Assembly: GCF_023055435.1 (NCBI RefSeq)
Contig: NW_025963924.1
Span: 124,001-188,000, forward strand
From: Haliotis rufescens
Lineage: Eukaryota
DNA length: 64,000 nucleotides
Direction: 5' to 3'
Under the pieces are notes generated by a model. That model worked only from the letters and a program-made list of their open reading frames with translations, made no database searches and was not told the DNA's origin. Positions 1-14,302 of this stretch are shown in pieces. The stretch's first letter is position 1. Each line of letters opens with the position of its first letter. The translations under genes were made by a program, and so were the position numbers.

Positions 1-214
1 ACGCAGATGAGGCATACAAGGACCTCCTCTGAGAGGTCACGCAGATGAGGCATACAAGGACCTCCTCTTAGAGGTCACGCAGATGAGGCATACAGATCAC
101 AGGGATGGACAAGTCAGTAAGCTTGGTATTAATGACTCATGAACTGACGAAACAAGAAGGTTCATAAAAAGTAGTGAAGGGTTTGATGACATACCTTTAT
201 TTTTCTGTGACTCT

Positions 215-497
215 AGTTTCATATGACTTTGCTTTCATATGTCTCTAGTTTCATATGACTTTACTTTCATATGTCTATATTTTCATATGGCTTTAGTTTC
301 ATGCCTTTATTTTCATATGACTTTCATGCCTTTATTTTTATATGACTTTACTTTCATATATCTATATTTCCATATGACTTTACTTTCATGTGTCTTTTTT
401 TTCATATGACTTTACTTTCATATGTCTATATTTTCATATGACTTTACTTTCATATGTCTATATTTTCATATGACTTTACTGTCATATGTCTTTATTT
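215..497. repeat. AT-rich ~16-17-bp degenerate tandem repeat (tttcatatgactttac); duplicated at ~1522-1804
   Basis: Recurrent ttcatatg core. Confidence 0.85.
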
Positions 498-708
498 TCC
501 AAAGCTATGGTTAAACTAAATTATGGGACATATACATAAGATTTATATCATATTTAATCATAAGTATTTCATTTGAGCTATGGATTGATCATGAATACTG
601 TGCTGTTTCAAGTAACATATTTCACAGTCTATTGTTGAAACTAAATAAGCTGTCCTGACCTAATTATTTTCTATTTTGTTTTTTATAAATTATAAATGTG
701 CAAAGGAC

Positions 709-898
709 GTAAGAGGTGACTAGCAGGATTGAGTGGTCAGGCTCACTGACTTGGTTGATGCATGTCATCTTATCCCAGCTGCATAGATCGATGCTCATGA
801 TGTCAATCACTGGGTTGTCTGGTCCAGACTCGATTATTTACAGACCACCATCATATAGCTGGAATATTGCTGAGTGCGGAGTTCAACAACAACAACAA
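709..898 (+). mobile_element. Family-1 short retroposon, 5' part cut by the duplication junction
   Basis: gtaagaggtgacta...gtcaggctcactgacttggttgatgcatgtc...gctggaatattgctgagtgcgg + (caa)n tail; homologous to the copies at 49458 and 55874. Confidence 0.85.
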
Positions 899-1043
899 TG
901 TAAGAAGCTTAATAAGAGCCTTAACCATGTGTCTGGTCACCAGCGACACAACTGTGCAAAATGTTGATGTGATTACTGGAGGAGATACACAAAGGTGATA
1001 TTGCCAATCAGTATCCCAACCTGCAAGATCATGAACTGTTTTG

Positions 1044-1401
1044 ACCAGATGGACATACAAGGACCTCCTCTGAGAGGTCACGCAAAACAAGGCATACAAG
1101 GACCTCCTCTGAGAGTTCACGCAGACGAGGCATACAAGGACCTCCTCTGAGAGGTCACGCAAATGGACATACAAGGACCTCCTCTGAGAGGTCACGCAGA
1201 CAAGGCATACAAGGACCTCTTCTGAGAGGTCATGCAGACGAGGCATACAAGGACCCCCTCTGAGAGGTCACGCAGATGAGGCATACAAGGACCTCCTCTG
1301 AGAGGTCACGCAGATGAGGCATACAAGGACCTCCTCTGAGAGGTCACGCAGATGAGGCATACAAGGACCTCCTCTTAGAGGTCACGCAGATGAGGCATAC
1401 A
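1044..1401. repeat. 38-bp minisatellite (acgcagatgaggcatacaaggacctcctctgagaggtc); also at 1-94
   Basis: About 9 tandem units, each with an internal inverted repeat gacctc..gaggtc. Confidence 0.93.
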
Positions 1402-4400
1402 GATCACAGGGATGGACAAGTCAGTAAGCTTGGTATTAATGACTCATGAACTGACGAAACAAGAAGGTTCATAAAAAGTAGTGAAGGGTTTGATGACATA
1501 CCTTTATTTTTCTGTGACTCTAGTTTCATATGACTTTGCTTTCATATGTCTCTAGTTTCATATGACTTTACTTTCATATGTCTATATTTTCATATGGCTT
1601 TAGTTTCATGCCTTTATTTTCATATGACTTTCATGCCTTTATTTTTATATGACTTTACTTTCATATATCTATATTTCCATATGACTTTACTTTCATGTGT
1701 CTTTTTTTTCATATGACTTTACTTTCATATGTCTATATTTTCATATGACTTTACTTTCATATGTCTATATTTTCATATGACTTTACTGTCATATGTCTTT
1801 ATTTTCCAAAGCTATGGTTAAACTAAATTATGGGACATATACATAAGATTTATATCATATTTAATCATAAGTATTTCATTTGAGCTATGGATTGATCATG
1901 AATACTGTGCTGTTTCAAGTAACATATTTCACAGTCTATTGTTGAAACTAAATAAGCTGTCCTGACCTAATTATTTTCTATTTTGTTTTTTATAAATTAT
2001 AAATGTGCAAAGGACTAAATTTCATTGAGTTGAAAACTAAAATTATGGAGTAACTTATTGAAAAGAACTGTCATGAGCCAGTGATATTTCAAGCAAAACA
2101 AGATTTCTCCTCCCCCAGATAACAGACCAAGTTGTTAATTTGTTGAAGCAACTCAGTTTTTGCAGTACTTTCCTAATCACTATATGTAGCAGACTTACAG
2201 CACCTTAAGCATAACATCATTTGGTGACATCATCACAAAGTTCATATTTTGATACAATCCAAGATGCAGTCATAAATATCCTTCAGTTCAGCAAAGGATG
2301 GGAAACATATTCAGTGTAGACTTAACATATTTCACACAGAAACACCCAGCTTGATACCGTCCTCTGAACCCCTTCCACTTGATCTGATCCAACTCTGAAG
2401 TTTTAGAGAATGTGACAATTATTCCACTTATTCATTGTGACAACTTCCCTACAGACTATTGCAATGATGTATGACTGAACAGCAGGCACCTAGAAGGGCA
2501 CTGAGCTAGCAGACGTATGACGAGCTCCACACACAGGGGACAATGATGGAACTGAGCACATCCAAGGAAGTAAAATCAAACCTGACATATGGAATGTTGC
2601 AAAATGGAGTTTAGCGTTGCATTCAAGATCATTGCACTTATATAGTGACGTACATAAGTGTAGAGTGTGTGCTTATACTAGTCTGGACTAATGCTGAGTT
2701 TATAGTCCTAGCCCACTGAGATACCATAGTGGTATACCATACCGTCTAGTGAGTTGTTCCCCATGGATGTAGTTTGGCAATGTAGATAAAAACACAATGG
2801 CCGATTGATCACATCCATAAGTGGGATATGACAATCGGTAATGGGAGAAAGGTACAGATAATCTACGAGCAAATCATGAGAATATCCATGAAAGACCAAA
2901 TTTACCCCCCCCGTTCATAAAATAGACTTGATCAACATTCACGAGGTTGGATTCTTTTCAGGGAGTCATCATTATTTAAATACAGGTAAATACTTTTAAA
3001 ACTTCTACTTTTTATAAGCATCCTGAAAGAGGCTGTACATGATATTGATGACTCATTTAAGAAATAAACTACTCCATGGTGATTTTAAATGTACAATAAA
3101 ACACTGAAGGAAGAATAAACCATGATGGGCGTTTATTTCACAAGTCTATGTCTTAAATGAAAACATAATAAAATAGGCAGAATTAATTCATAAAATAAAT
3201 TTTACTGGCTTGAAAAGAGAAATATAGTTCTCCATAAATAACCTCTGAAATACCTCCACAGGACATTTTCCTAAGACGTGCCTTGTTACATGCCTAATTA
3301 GTATCTTGCTGAGATGCTCTATACCGTACTCCACTCTACACACGATGACAGGTTATTGCATGCTCGGTTAGAAGCATAGCCAAGATATGAAGCATCAAGT
3401 GACAAGTTTCTTAAAAACGGTCACATTTTTTGTTTCGTAAATAATTATTTTAACTTTACCCATGTCAAATCATATGCATTTCCATATATTTAAAATATGA
3501 TTACAATTTTTGAAATATTTAAAAAAAATTCAAAGGTGCTTCATCACTTCAATTTTATATGTGACTTCGTGTCTTAATGAGCATCTAAGCCAAAATAACC
3601 CCTTTCAGCCAGAGATAAGAAGATCTCAAATGTATTTAACCTGAAGTATCTTTATCTACAGCAGCAAAGTGAAAATTCTTGGAGGCGTTAGGGCTGTTGA
3701 TTCTCAATCTGTTTATCAGCTTCCATGAGTAAGGGCGGGTAACTCTTGTCATGGTTCATTTGAGGAAGTTATTTTCAAACGGAAATTGCTTAAATCTTCT
3801 TTTTCTAAACTTAGTGCTTTAATGAGAAAGGTAATTGTGCCATTGAATTGTGAAGAAATAAATCATGGCAAGGATTTTAAATAAATGAAAATGCATGAGG
3901 TGGAAAGAAATGTACCGGGTATATATATGTACACAAGGATAGGCCAAAGAGATGCATGCACTCCCAATTTGGCACTCCAATATTTCAACATTATTATGGT
4001 GACAAAGATGAATAGTGAGTTAAAACATAAATAGTGTAACAGATTCTATGAAAAATAAAATAAAAACATTGTTTTTGCGTCATTATCTGTGGTATTGAAG
4101 TTAAGTGCAAACCGTCATTACAATTAAAAAAACTTTCATCTTTCTCACCACAGACTTGCTGTATATCACGTTTCAACACGATATATGCAGAAATGAATAT
4201 GGCTGCAGACTGGGACATTGTGAGCCTATTTTAAAAACACCAAAGCTGGGATCTTTCCATGGAAGCCTTTAAGTGCCATTTTTGTTTTTCTATATTTTTC
4301 TTGGACTTGCAATAGGCCGACAGTCAGACAACTGGACAATTGAAAATGCACCACTAAAACAGCACACTTTACTTTCAGTCAGGTGAGCTAAAACCATCCC

Positions 4401-5423
4401 TTTTACATAAGTGCTAGAGAAAAACACCAGTAATTTGTTACAAGAAGGGCCATACAGGGTGGGTGTCTTTTACTTTGTTTTAGTAATTTGTCAAACTAGT
4501 TCTTTCATTCTGTTTTGAATATTTTAACAGTTGACTGATCATCCATGTTTTCCACCAAAATTATGTAGTGTTTGATAAAAAGATCTCAATCATGTTTTGG
4601 GGCGACCTAAAGCTGTTTTTCTCTTTAATCAATACATGTATAATTAATATTTCAAATGTGATACAAGACCCTCAAATGAAATGTCTGAAACATTTCTGTG
4701 CTATCAATTATTAATATTGTGAAATGGTTTTAACCTTTTAAAGGCAAAACATTACGTTAAAGAAACATAGTCATGTGTGTTTGATTTGACAGAATTTCAT
4801 TTTTAACCAACGGAAAATTCAAATATTAACACAAAAGAGAAGTTGTTCAGAAACTTGGCCTCAGATTAGATTCTGGCACACACTTACATTTGAAGAAACA
4901 CCAATGAAGAAACTATTGAATATAACTACATAGGATATATCACACACACACATGTTGTCAACAACCAACACAGTTTAAAATGAGACACCATGGATGGATA
5001 AAAGAAATGTTAAACTATTTCAGTGAAAGCTTAACTGTTAAACAATGTTTACAAGCCCTCATTCCCTCCCAGTGGGGACAAGAGAAGCCCATTTACTCCC
5101 CCGGCAGTGTGTGAAATCTCACCTCGGATGTAAATGTACACCAAGAGTTCTCAGACAATCTGTTAAAGAAATCTGCAGACCATCTAAATTAAATTTTCTT
5201 ACAAGAGACGTGTGAGCTAATTCCTCCTGGCTTGCAGTTGGTGCTAAAAGGTTGGACAGCTTCGTGAATGTTTCCATTCATTAACTGCATGCAAAAGCGT
5301 CCTAGAGAACGTCCCAGTGGAGGTGTTAGTTTTCTGACCAACTGCATGCAGTGTATAACAAGGACACATGAAATTGTTCTATAAGTCCTAAAACAGAAAT
5401 ATTACAGGATAAAAGTAAATATA

Positions 5424-6330
5424 CAGGGTGCGATTTCCCATTGACAAGACTGCAATTGGTGCAGGTTAAAATCGGCTTGTGCAGCCTAAGTTTATAAGCA
5501 GAGTGAACTCAGTGAAATATTCCACAAACAGGATAAGTATACCGGTAACTTGTTTAAAATTAATACCATGTATGCAAAACCTAAACATATTGAAATAAAA
5601 TTACTTTTATTTCCCACAATGTTCATGTTTGCCTCCTGTTTATGTACACTACAGATCGCCAATCTTCACTAAATACACGCTTAATTTTCCAGTAAATTAT
5701 GTGATGCAGCCAGTTTATCTGTTGTACAGTCAGTTTATCTGTTGTGCCGTTAGTTTATATGTCGTGCAGCCAGTTTATCAGTTGTACAGCCAGTTTCTCT
5801 GTTGTGCAGTCAGTTTCTCTGTTGTGCAGCGAGTTTCTCTGTTGCACAGTCAGTTTCTCTGTTGTACAGTCAGTTTCTCTGTTGTACAGTCAGTTTCTCT
5901 GTTGTACAGTCAGTTTTTCTATTGTACAGTCAGTGTATCTGTTGTACAGTCAGTTTCTCTGTTGTAGTCAGTTTCTCTGTTGTACATCCATTTTATCTGT
6001 TGTGCTGCCAGTTTCTCTGTTGTACAGCCAGTTTCTCTGTTGTGCAGCGAGTTTCTCTGTTGCACAGTCAGTTTCTCTGTTGTACAGTCAGTTTCTCTGT
6101 TGTACAGTCAGTTTCTCTGTTGTACAGTCAGTTTCTCTGTTGTACAGTTAGTGTATCTGTTGTACAGTCAGTTTCTCTGTTGTGCAGCCATTTTATCTGT
6201 TGTACAGTCAGTTTCTCTGTTGTACAGCCAGTTTATCTGTTGTACAGCCAGTTTTTCTGTTGTAAGTCAGTTATTAACAGCAGTATGCACAAGGTGCAGC
6301 GGAGAGAGAGAAAAACGAAATTATACACTG
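5424..6330. mobile_element. Degenerate hAT-like non-autonomous element hosting a minisatellite
   Basis: The 5' end cagggtgcgatttc and the 3' end gaaattatacactg are 10/14 inverted matches. The subterminal tgtgcagcc motif resembles the array unit. No clean TSD. Confidence 0.4.
5705..6270. repeat. 20-bp minisatellite (cagtcagtttctctgttgta)
   Basis: About 28 tandem units. Confidence 0.93.
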
Positions 6331-7475
6331 ATATATTACATTTCAATATGGGGTGTAAAGTGGATTTGTCCAAAGTGCCAGTATTATGCACACATATAAT
6401 CAATACAATAATCACAGCTTTGTTTACTGGTCTGGATAGAAATAACTTAAAGGGGACAAGGTGTTTGCAAATTGCCAGTTCCAGCAAGTTTGGTTCTTGT
6501 CTAGAGTATATGATGGTGTATACCTGAAACACTCATTATCAGAGCAATCCTTGCAATATGACTTGTATGTCCAGCAACCTTGAGCATTTACTCATTCTTA
6601 TCACTATTGCCTTGTAAATTTTCAGCAATTAAATTAAAAATAACAAATCAAATATGAGAGGGTGAGTAATTCTAGTAATTAAACAGGGTTTTACCTTGAC
6701 CCAGAAAACTAGTGGTCCAGATGGCCCCCAATTACTTATTTCAAGGGCCCTTACAGGAAAAATGAGTGTCCTGTAAAGTACTGGAATGGCATAGAGTACT
6801 GTACAGTATGATTTCATTACATGAACTTGATATTTCTTGTCAAAAATATGCTACAATGGTACATCCCTCAGGATTGAATATATATTATTATCTGTGTCCA
6901 TTATATACTTTGTGCGTACTGGATGCACATTTCTGCATCCCGTTGTCACATCGTCACATCTTACACAGTCCATTCAAGTGTTTTTCATGTGTTTCATTTT
7001 GGACAAGTCTATACATTTGATAAACATACGTCATGAAATGTTTCATTCAGGAAATATCCTAAAGCATGAGGAGGGGAGAGAGAGGGTGGGCATGTTATCT
7101 GCTATTGTTCATAAAGCTTCAGAATGGTTTGGATGTCAAGCCCTTTGAAGTAGGCCTTATTTGCCACTGCAGGACAGGTTGACCCCAGCGCAGTACAGGT
7201 TTTTCAAAAGGGGTGCACTTGACATGGAACATGCTAGATGAACGCAAATAACTACTTTGTGTTTCATAGTCCAGTTCTATTTTACTTCATTATTTAGTTG
7301 TGTGTTTTTATTACATTTACATGTTTAAGATGTTTCAGAACAGGATGCACACTCATGCATACCCCTCTGGATCTGCAAATCCAGCCAATCCCTCTAAAAA
7401 CTCCTGCCTCCATGTAGCCCCTAAAGGAGACAACTCTGTCAGTGCATTGGTGTGTTACAGTGTTTCTTTTTTTAT

Positions 7476-7670
7476 CAAGTCTGGAGCAGACAATCGAGTG
7501 ATTGATGTCATGAGCATCAATCCATGCAATTAGAAATGATGACATGCATCAACTAAGTCAGTGAGCTTGACCACCCAATCCCGTTAGTCGCCTCTTATGA
7601 CAAGCATAGTTGTCATTTATGGCAAGCATGGGTTGCTGTAGACCTATTCTACCCCGGATCTTCACAGGGT
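7476..7670 (-). mobile_element. Family-1 short retroposon
   Basis: Reverse complement of acc(c)tgtgaagatccggggtagaatagg...; CpG-decayed. Confidence 0.85.
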
Positions 7671-8167
7671 GTGTTGCAGTATCTTGCTCTAGCTCCATGC
7701 AGTGACACACAACATCCTCAGATTTCAGTTACTCAACACATGGGACGTTCCGATGCCATGAAATACATGTGAACTCTGCCTGACACTGATTGCACCGTAC
7801 ATCAGAACGTGGGTGTCAAACCAGGGAATCTGCACTGAACACAGGGATTTTACGCTGTGATTGACAAGGTCTCAGGGAATATATATATGATTATGCTATA
7901 TATACGCACAGATAAACACAGTATAATTATAAGTAAACAATTCCTGTCTGCCTAGGTTATTCATGTTACCTTAACCCATGTTTTACATCCGAGAGACGTA
8001 TTGTTTACAAATATGCTTTGTAACAAGGATAGCATTAAACAAATGATGGATGTGAAACTGTAAGAAATTAATGTACTTTTGTTGAAAATTTCAGTAGAAA
8101 TACTTTTGCTGGTATTGGGTAAGACATTTGTCTGTAAACAGAAATATGCAGGGGTACATTTTCTGTT

Positions 8168-9953
8168 GCCCAATTGCACCTTTAAACTCCATGAACAAGT
8201 TACCCAACTGCACCTTTAAACTCCATGAACGAGTTACCCAACTGCACCTTTAAACTCCATGAACGAGTTACCCAACTGCACCTTTAAACTTTATGAACGA
8301 GTTACCCAACTGCACCTTTAAACTCCACGAATGAGTTACCAAACTGTTCCTTAAAACTCCATGAACGAGTTACCCAACTGCACCTTTAAACTTTATGAAC
8401 GAGTTACACAACTGTTCCTTTAAACTCCATGAACGAGTTACCCAACTGCACCTTTAAACTCCATGAACGAGTTACCCAACTGCACCTTTAAACTCCATGA
8501 ACGAGTTACCCAACTGCACCTTTAAACTCCATGAACGAGTTACCCAACTGCACCTTTAAACACCTTGAACGAGTTACCCAACTGCACCTTTAAACTTTAT
8601 GAACGAGTTACCCAACTGCACCTTTAAACTCCACGAATGAGTTACCAAACTGTTCCTTAAAACTCCATGAACGAGTTACCCAACTGCACCTTTAAACTTT
8701 ATGAACGAGTTACACAACTGTTCCTTTAAACTCCATGAACGAGTTACCCAACTGCACCTTTAAACTCCATGAATGAGTTACCCAACTGCACCTTTAAACT
8801 CCATGAACGAGTTACCCAACTGCACCTTTAAACTCCATGAACGAGTTACCCAACTGCACCTTTAAACTCCATGAACGAGTTACCCAACTGCACCTTTAAA
8901 CTCCATGAACGAGTTACCCAACTGCACCTTTAAACTCCATGAACGAGTTACCCAACTGCACCTTTAAACTCCATGAACGAGTTACCCAACTGCACCTTTA
9001 AACTCCATGAACGAGTTACCCAACTGCACCTTTAATCTCCATGAACGAGTTACCAAACTGCACCTTTAAACTCCATGAATGAGTTACCCAACTGCACCTT
9101 TAAACTCCATGAATGAGTTACCCAACTGTTCCTTTAAACTCCATGAACGAGTTACCCAACTGCACCTTTAAACTTTATGAACGAGTTACACAACTGTTCC
9201 TTTAAACTCCATGAACGAGTTACCCAACTGCACCTTTAAACTCCATGAACGAGTTACCCAACTTCACCTTTAATCTTCATGAACGAGTTACCCAACTGCA
9301 CCTTTAAACTCCATGAATGAGTTACCCAACCGCACCTTTAAACTCCACGAATGAGTTACCAAACTGTTCCTTTAAACTCCATGAACGAGTTACCCAACTG
9401 CACCTTTAAACTTTATGAACGAGTTACCCAACTGTTCCTTTAAACTCCATGAACGAGTTACCCAACTGCACCTTTAAACTCCATGAACGAGATACCCAAC
9501 TGCACCTTTAAACTCCATGAACGAGTTACCCAACTGTACCTTTAAACTTTATGAATGAGTTACACAACTGTTCCTTTAAACTCCATGAACGAGTTACCCA
9601 ACTGCACCTTTAAACTCCATGAACGAGTTACACAACTGTTCCTTTAAACTCCATGAACGAGTTACCCAACTGCACCTTTAAACTCCATGAATGAGTTACC
9701 CAACTGCACCTTTAAACTCCATGAACGAGTTACCCAACTGCACCTTTAAACTCCACGAACGAGTTACCCAACTGCACCTTTAAACTCCATGAACGAGTTA
9801 CCCAACTGCACCTTTAAACTTTATGAACGAGTTACCCAACTGCACCTTTAACTCCATGAACGAGTTACCCAACTGCACCTTTAAACTCCATGAACGAGTT
9901 ACCCAATTGCACCTTTAAACTCCATGAACGAGTTACCCCACTGCACCTTTAAA
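8168..9953. repeat. 34-bp minisatellite (caactgcacctttaaactccatgaacgagttacc)
   Basis: About 52 highly similar units, period 34. Confidence 0.96.
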
Positions 9954-10709
9954 TTTTCTTGGAACAACTGTTACATACAAAGAACACCTATAATTTTATA
10001 AGTGCTCAGGAAAGTAAAACAGAATTTGTTGAGTTTGGAGTATGTGATACCTTAGACTGTCTTTGTATCTGCCCCCATCTGGCCATGCATCCACAGAGCG
10101 TGTGAGTGATGGCAACAAGTGCAATCATAACCCTGAGACTAGACAGCTCTGCTGAATCAGCTCAGACTTGAGATGTATATCAAATGTCTACAGGTATGAT
10201 ACCTTTATGCAAAAATAAGCACTTTATCACAGAGAAATGGTGTTGGTTCAAGATAGGAGGATATCAAAATTCTTCGCGAAGAATTATTTTTGACACTTCC
10301 TGTTGTAACAGCATAAGCAAGACACTATACAGAGATGATATTGCTGAATCTTCAGTTTCATCTATATTGGGCTTGTGTTGGAAAAGTAATTTAGGTGATT
10401 AATTACAAAATATTTGATGTAGAGCCAAAAGGTTGGACCTGCCTTTAAAAATATCCAGGATGTACAATGTCATATTTCAGGTCAGTAATCAAAAATGTTT
10501 TCATCTCAAAACTTTGAGAGCGTTATCAATTTCTGACAAAACTGGGATTTTTAAAAGGGTACCCTTAAGGAAGAGTGATCGGTATGACTGTATGGGAGAC
10601 TGAAATCTTGTTATAATTATTATTTCTGATGACGAGTGGTGGTAGCAGTAACCTGGTGCTTAAAAACATATAACCAATACATGTTATGTCAAAGACCTAA
10701 TAATCATTA

Positions 10710-11415
10710 CATCAATGATCTGATACTTGTGACATGAATTACCTGAAACTTGTGACGTCAACAACCCAATACTTGTGTCCTCAATGAGCTGATACTTGTG
10801 ACCTCAGTGATCTGATACTTGTGTCCTCAATGACCTGATTCTTTTGACCTTGATGACCTGATAATAGTGTCCTCAATGACCCAATAGTTGTGACCTCGAT
10901 GACCTGATACTTGTGACCTCAATGAGCTGATACTTGTGACCTCAATGATCTGATACTTGTGTCCTCAATGACCTGATTCTTTTGACCTTGATGACCTGAT
11001 ACTAGTGTCCTCAATGACCCAATACTTGTGACCTCGATGACCTGATACTTGTGACCTCAATGACCTGATACTTGTGTCCTCAATGACCCAATACTTGTGA
11101 CCTCGATGACCTGATACTAGTGTCCTCAATGACCCAATACTTGTGACCTTGATGACCTGATACTAGTGTCCTCAATGACCCAATGCTTGTGACCTCGATG
11201 ACCTGATACTTGTGACCTCAATGACCTGATACTTGTGTCCTCACTGACCCAATTCTTGTGACCTCAATGATCTGATACCTGTGACCTCAATAACCCAATA
11301 CCTGTGACCTCAATGACCCTATACTTGTGACCTCATTGACCTGATACTGGTGTCCTCAGTGACCAAATACTTGTGACGTAACTCAATGACCTGATCCTTG
11401 TGAAGTCAATGACCT
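10710..11415. repeat. 23-bp minisatellite (tgacctcaatgacctgatacttg)
   Basis: About 30 units, period 23. Confidence 0.92.
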
Positions 11416-11790
11416 GTGTTCATGAATTGCAACGGGTAGATTCCATTCATCACGACAAATTACACATAAAAGACAATTGGTTAACTCTCCCTTTCTTAGC
11501 ACTGTAATCGTGTCCCCTTCAGGCAAGTTTAAATCCAGGTTTACAAGAAATACAGTCTTTGTAGAAGCTGTGCTTATCCTTAAGTAGCCACATTTTGCCT
11601 GTTGACATTGCCTTAACAATTTTCAGCTTAATACTACTCCCGTTGTTAAGGTGATTAAGTGAGTGATACTTGCTATACATGAACATCAGAAACCTTGCAG
11701 CTATTCACAGCCCTGTTGTTAGAAGACACTTCATCATCGACTGTACTGCAGCAATTTATCAACAATGTTTCTATCAATACACAACTACAT

Positions 11791-11945
11791 GTCAGGCTCA
11801 CTGGTTGATGCATGTCATCACATCCCAATTGCATAGATCGATGCTCATGATGTCAATCACCAGACTGTCTGGTCCAGACTCGGTTTTTACAGACCGCCAT
11901 CATATAGCTGGAATATTGCTGAGTGCGGTGTTGAACAACCAAGCA
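11791..11945 (+). mobile_element. Family-1 short retroposon, 5'-truncated
   Basis: gtcaggctca..gatgctcatgatgtcaatcac..ggaatattgctgagtgcggtgttgaacaac. Confidence 0.82.
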
Positions 11946-12118
11946 AAGTTTAACATGATACTCACAAGCAGATCCATTACATATTCTCTGTAAATCACAC
12001 CCCCAGCATTTCTTTGAAAACTGATGAAGATATTCAGAAAATTCAAGGAAGCCTATTTTCTGTCTATATTGTCCTAGGGAGACAAATCCACACTGTAGAT
12101 CATTGTCTGTCTTTACCA

Positions 12119-12350
12119 AGATCCCACAACAGAGAAAACCCAGATACAGTTTCTTTCAAACACAAATGCCTGTAAAACAGGCACAGTAAGGCTGTTTTCA
12201 CAAATGTTGAGAGAAACACTGCAAGTATTACATTTCCTCTGGCTTGTGTGCTTAATCACAAATTTTGTTTTTCTTGTTGACCAAGAAACTTGATTTGAGA
12301 TAAGTTTAGATGTTGAAACTTGTTTTCAAGTTTTCAGCAATGTTCTTTCT
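12119..12350 (+). repeat. Diverged dispersed repeat; second copy at ~17053-17280
   Basis: Shared blocks such as ttcacaaatgttgag, gcaagtattacattt, ttcttgttgacc, gaaacttgatttga. Confidence 0.8.
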
Positions 12351-13306
12351 GATGGTGTGATAGAAATATAAAATCACAGACATATAAGATGGCTATCATC
12401 CCCCTGGGAGGTGTGAGATGGGGTCAGACACTCGGCTGCGGAATGACCCTCGTGGAACACTGATACTTCCTCTGATGAAGACCTGCTGGGAGACTGAGCG
12501 GCTGAGAAAAAACACATTGTGCAGAATATTTGTGTTGGGAAGCATTTTTTCACAATTTTTATCTCTTTGTATTCTTGTCAGAATTGGTATTTAAACATGG
12601 CAAGCTTGAAAGGAATACATTGTTTTCAGATGGGTAGACTGATCAGATGATGCACCCATTGGGATGAAATACAATATGTAATGGAGAAATCACCCAAATC
12701 TGTTGATTTGAGAGATTTCTCTCACTAAAACTATGTTATGGTGGACATATAACTTCTCTATAATTTTGCATAATGACCTACAGTTTTGTCAGGGTCTACT
12801 TGTTTAAAATGCACAGAATGGCCAGTGAATTCCTGGCTCAGAATCAAGTGCAAGAACAACAGCATTGCATCATCATAATGGTTTAATCACAGAGGCATAA
12901 CAATAATAACATGCTGTGTAACCACAAAGATTGGAAACATACAATAGCTTGGTTCGAGTGCTCAACAACTCAAGAGAGTTGTCTTCCATGAATCTGGTGT
13001 GAGTTATCTCCCCTAATCCAAGACCAAATGTCAGATGGTTTCAGAAGAGATTGAATGTTTTGTCATTCTTCACAACCAGGCAAAGACAGATTGAAGGCAG
13101 TACATTCACTATGAAGCTGTCTCTAAGGTGGCACAGTCTCAACATCTTAAAGGAAGACTAGGCTCAGGTCAAATGGCCGTCCAAGCAAATATCAAGTCAT
13201 TCAAAACAAATTGTGTTTGCCTGAAAAATATTGTATGATGCATATCAGTTTAACAGTTGAAGAATATCCTAATACACACTGACAATGTCTCAGACGGACA
13301 CACAGA

Positions 13307-13440
13307 TATTATACGAACACGTGTCATACATGTAACATTGATTTTACAAAATGAGTGTCAGAATTCTTGTATTTCCCAAACAAGAGCGAGGGTAGTACAT
13401 GAATTCGTAAAATCAGTATGACACACATGTGAGTATAATA
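13307..13440. mobile_element. Small fold-back MITE
   Basis: tattatac..gtgtcatac..tgattttac is inverted to gtaaaatca.gtatgacac..gtataata. Confidence 0.6.
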
Positions 13441-13507
13441 ATTAACCATTATTCCTTAATCCTTTTGAGCTTCCCTGCCGTCTTAGAAAACTAAAATTGT
13501 TGATTGT

Positions 13508-13905
13508 TGACTGATGTCAACAATCTTCAACTATGACATTGTTTCTGGGATGATGTCATTCTGACCTTACATCACAATAAGATTTGACTGATGTCAACAA
13601 TCTTCAGCTATGACATTGTTTCTGGGATGATGTCATTCTGACCTTACATCACAATAAGATTTGACTGATGTCAACAATCTTCAACTATGACATTGTTTCT
13701 GGGATGATGTCATTCTGACCTTACATCACAATAAGATTTGACTGATGTCAACAATCTTCAACTATGACATTGTTTCTGGGATTATGTCATACCGACCTTA
13801 CATCACAATAAGATTTGACTGATGTCAACAATCTTCAACTATGACATTGTTTCTGGGATTATGTCATACCGACCTTACATCACAATAAGATTTGAATGAT
13901 GTCAC
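13508..13905. repeat. 77-bp tandem repeat, ~5 copies
   Basis: Unit tgactgatgtcaacaatcttcaactatgacattgtttctggg...cacaataagatt, period 77. Confidence 0.93.
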
Positions 13906-14302
13906 CAATGTCATCCAAAAGACATAAACAATACTCTGGAACGCTAAAGTGACATTTGCGCATATGATTTTTATGAACTCGATTATTTCTAACCCTAGGG
14001 CCAAAACCGAAAAAAGGTACCCAATCGTTGAGCATGGTCCCCTTTTAAGATGAAATATCTTAGTCATAAGCAACCTGGCTCACATCAAAGTCAACACAAT
14101 TAACCTTAACAAGCTTCACAAGAAGGTAAAATAACAGAATAGATGACATAAATGGATGTTAAAACAATGATACCCATAATAGATACAATTTTCTGATGTC
14201 AGCTTCCTTATTTATACACCTTCATACCATCTGGTACCTATTAGCATCAGGTGATGAAGGAGTAAGCATATACTCTGAAATGTTGTGTTCCTCATAATAA
14301 AG

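Larger units (their letters stand above)
1..2015. repeat. Tandem segmental duplication, period 1307 bp (1-708 repeated at 1308-2015)
   Basis: The same sequence recurs at offset 1307, e.g. tacagatcac at 91 and 1398, caaaggac at 701 and 2008. No differences seen by eye. Confidence 0.92.

Noticed and set aside
8168-9953. 34-bp (and 37/38-bp) repeats as a CRISPR array
   Set aside because: Head-to-tail units without unique spacers; eukaryotic context; no cas genes.
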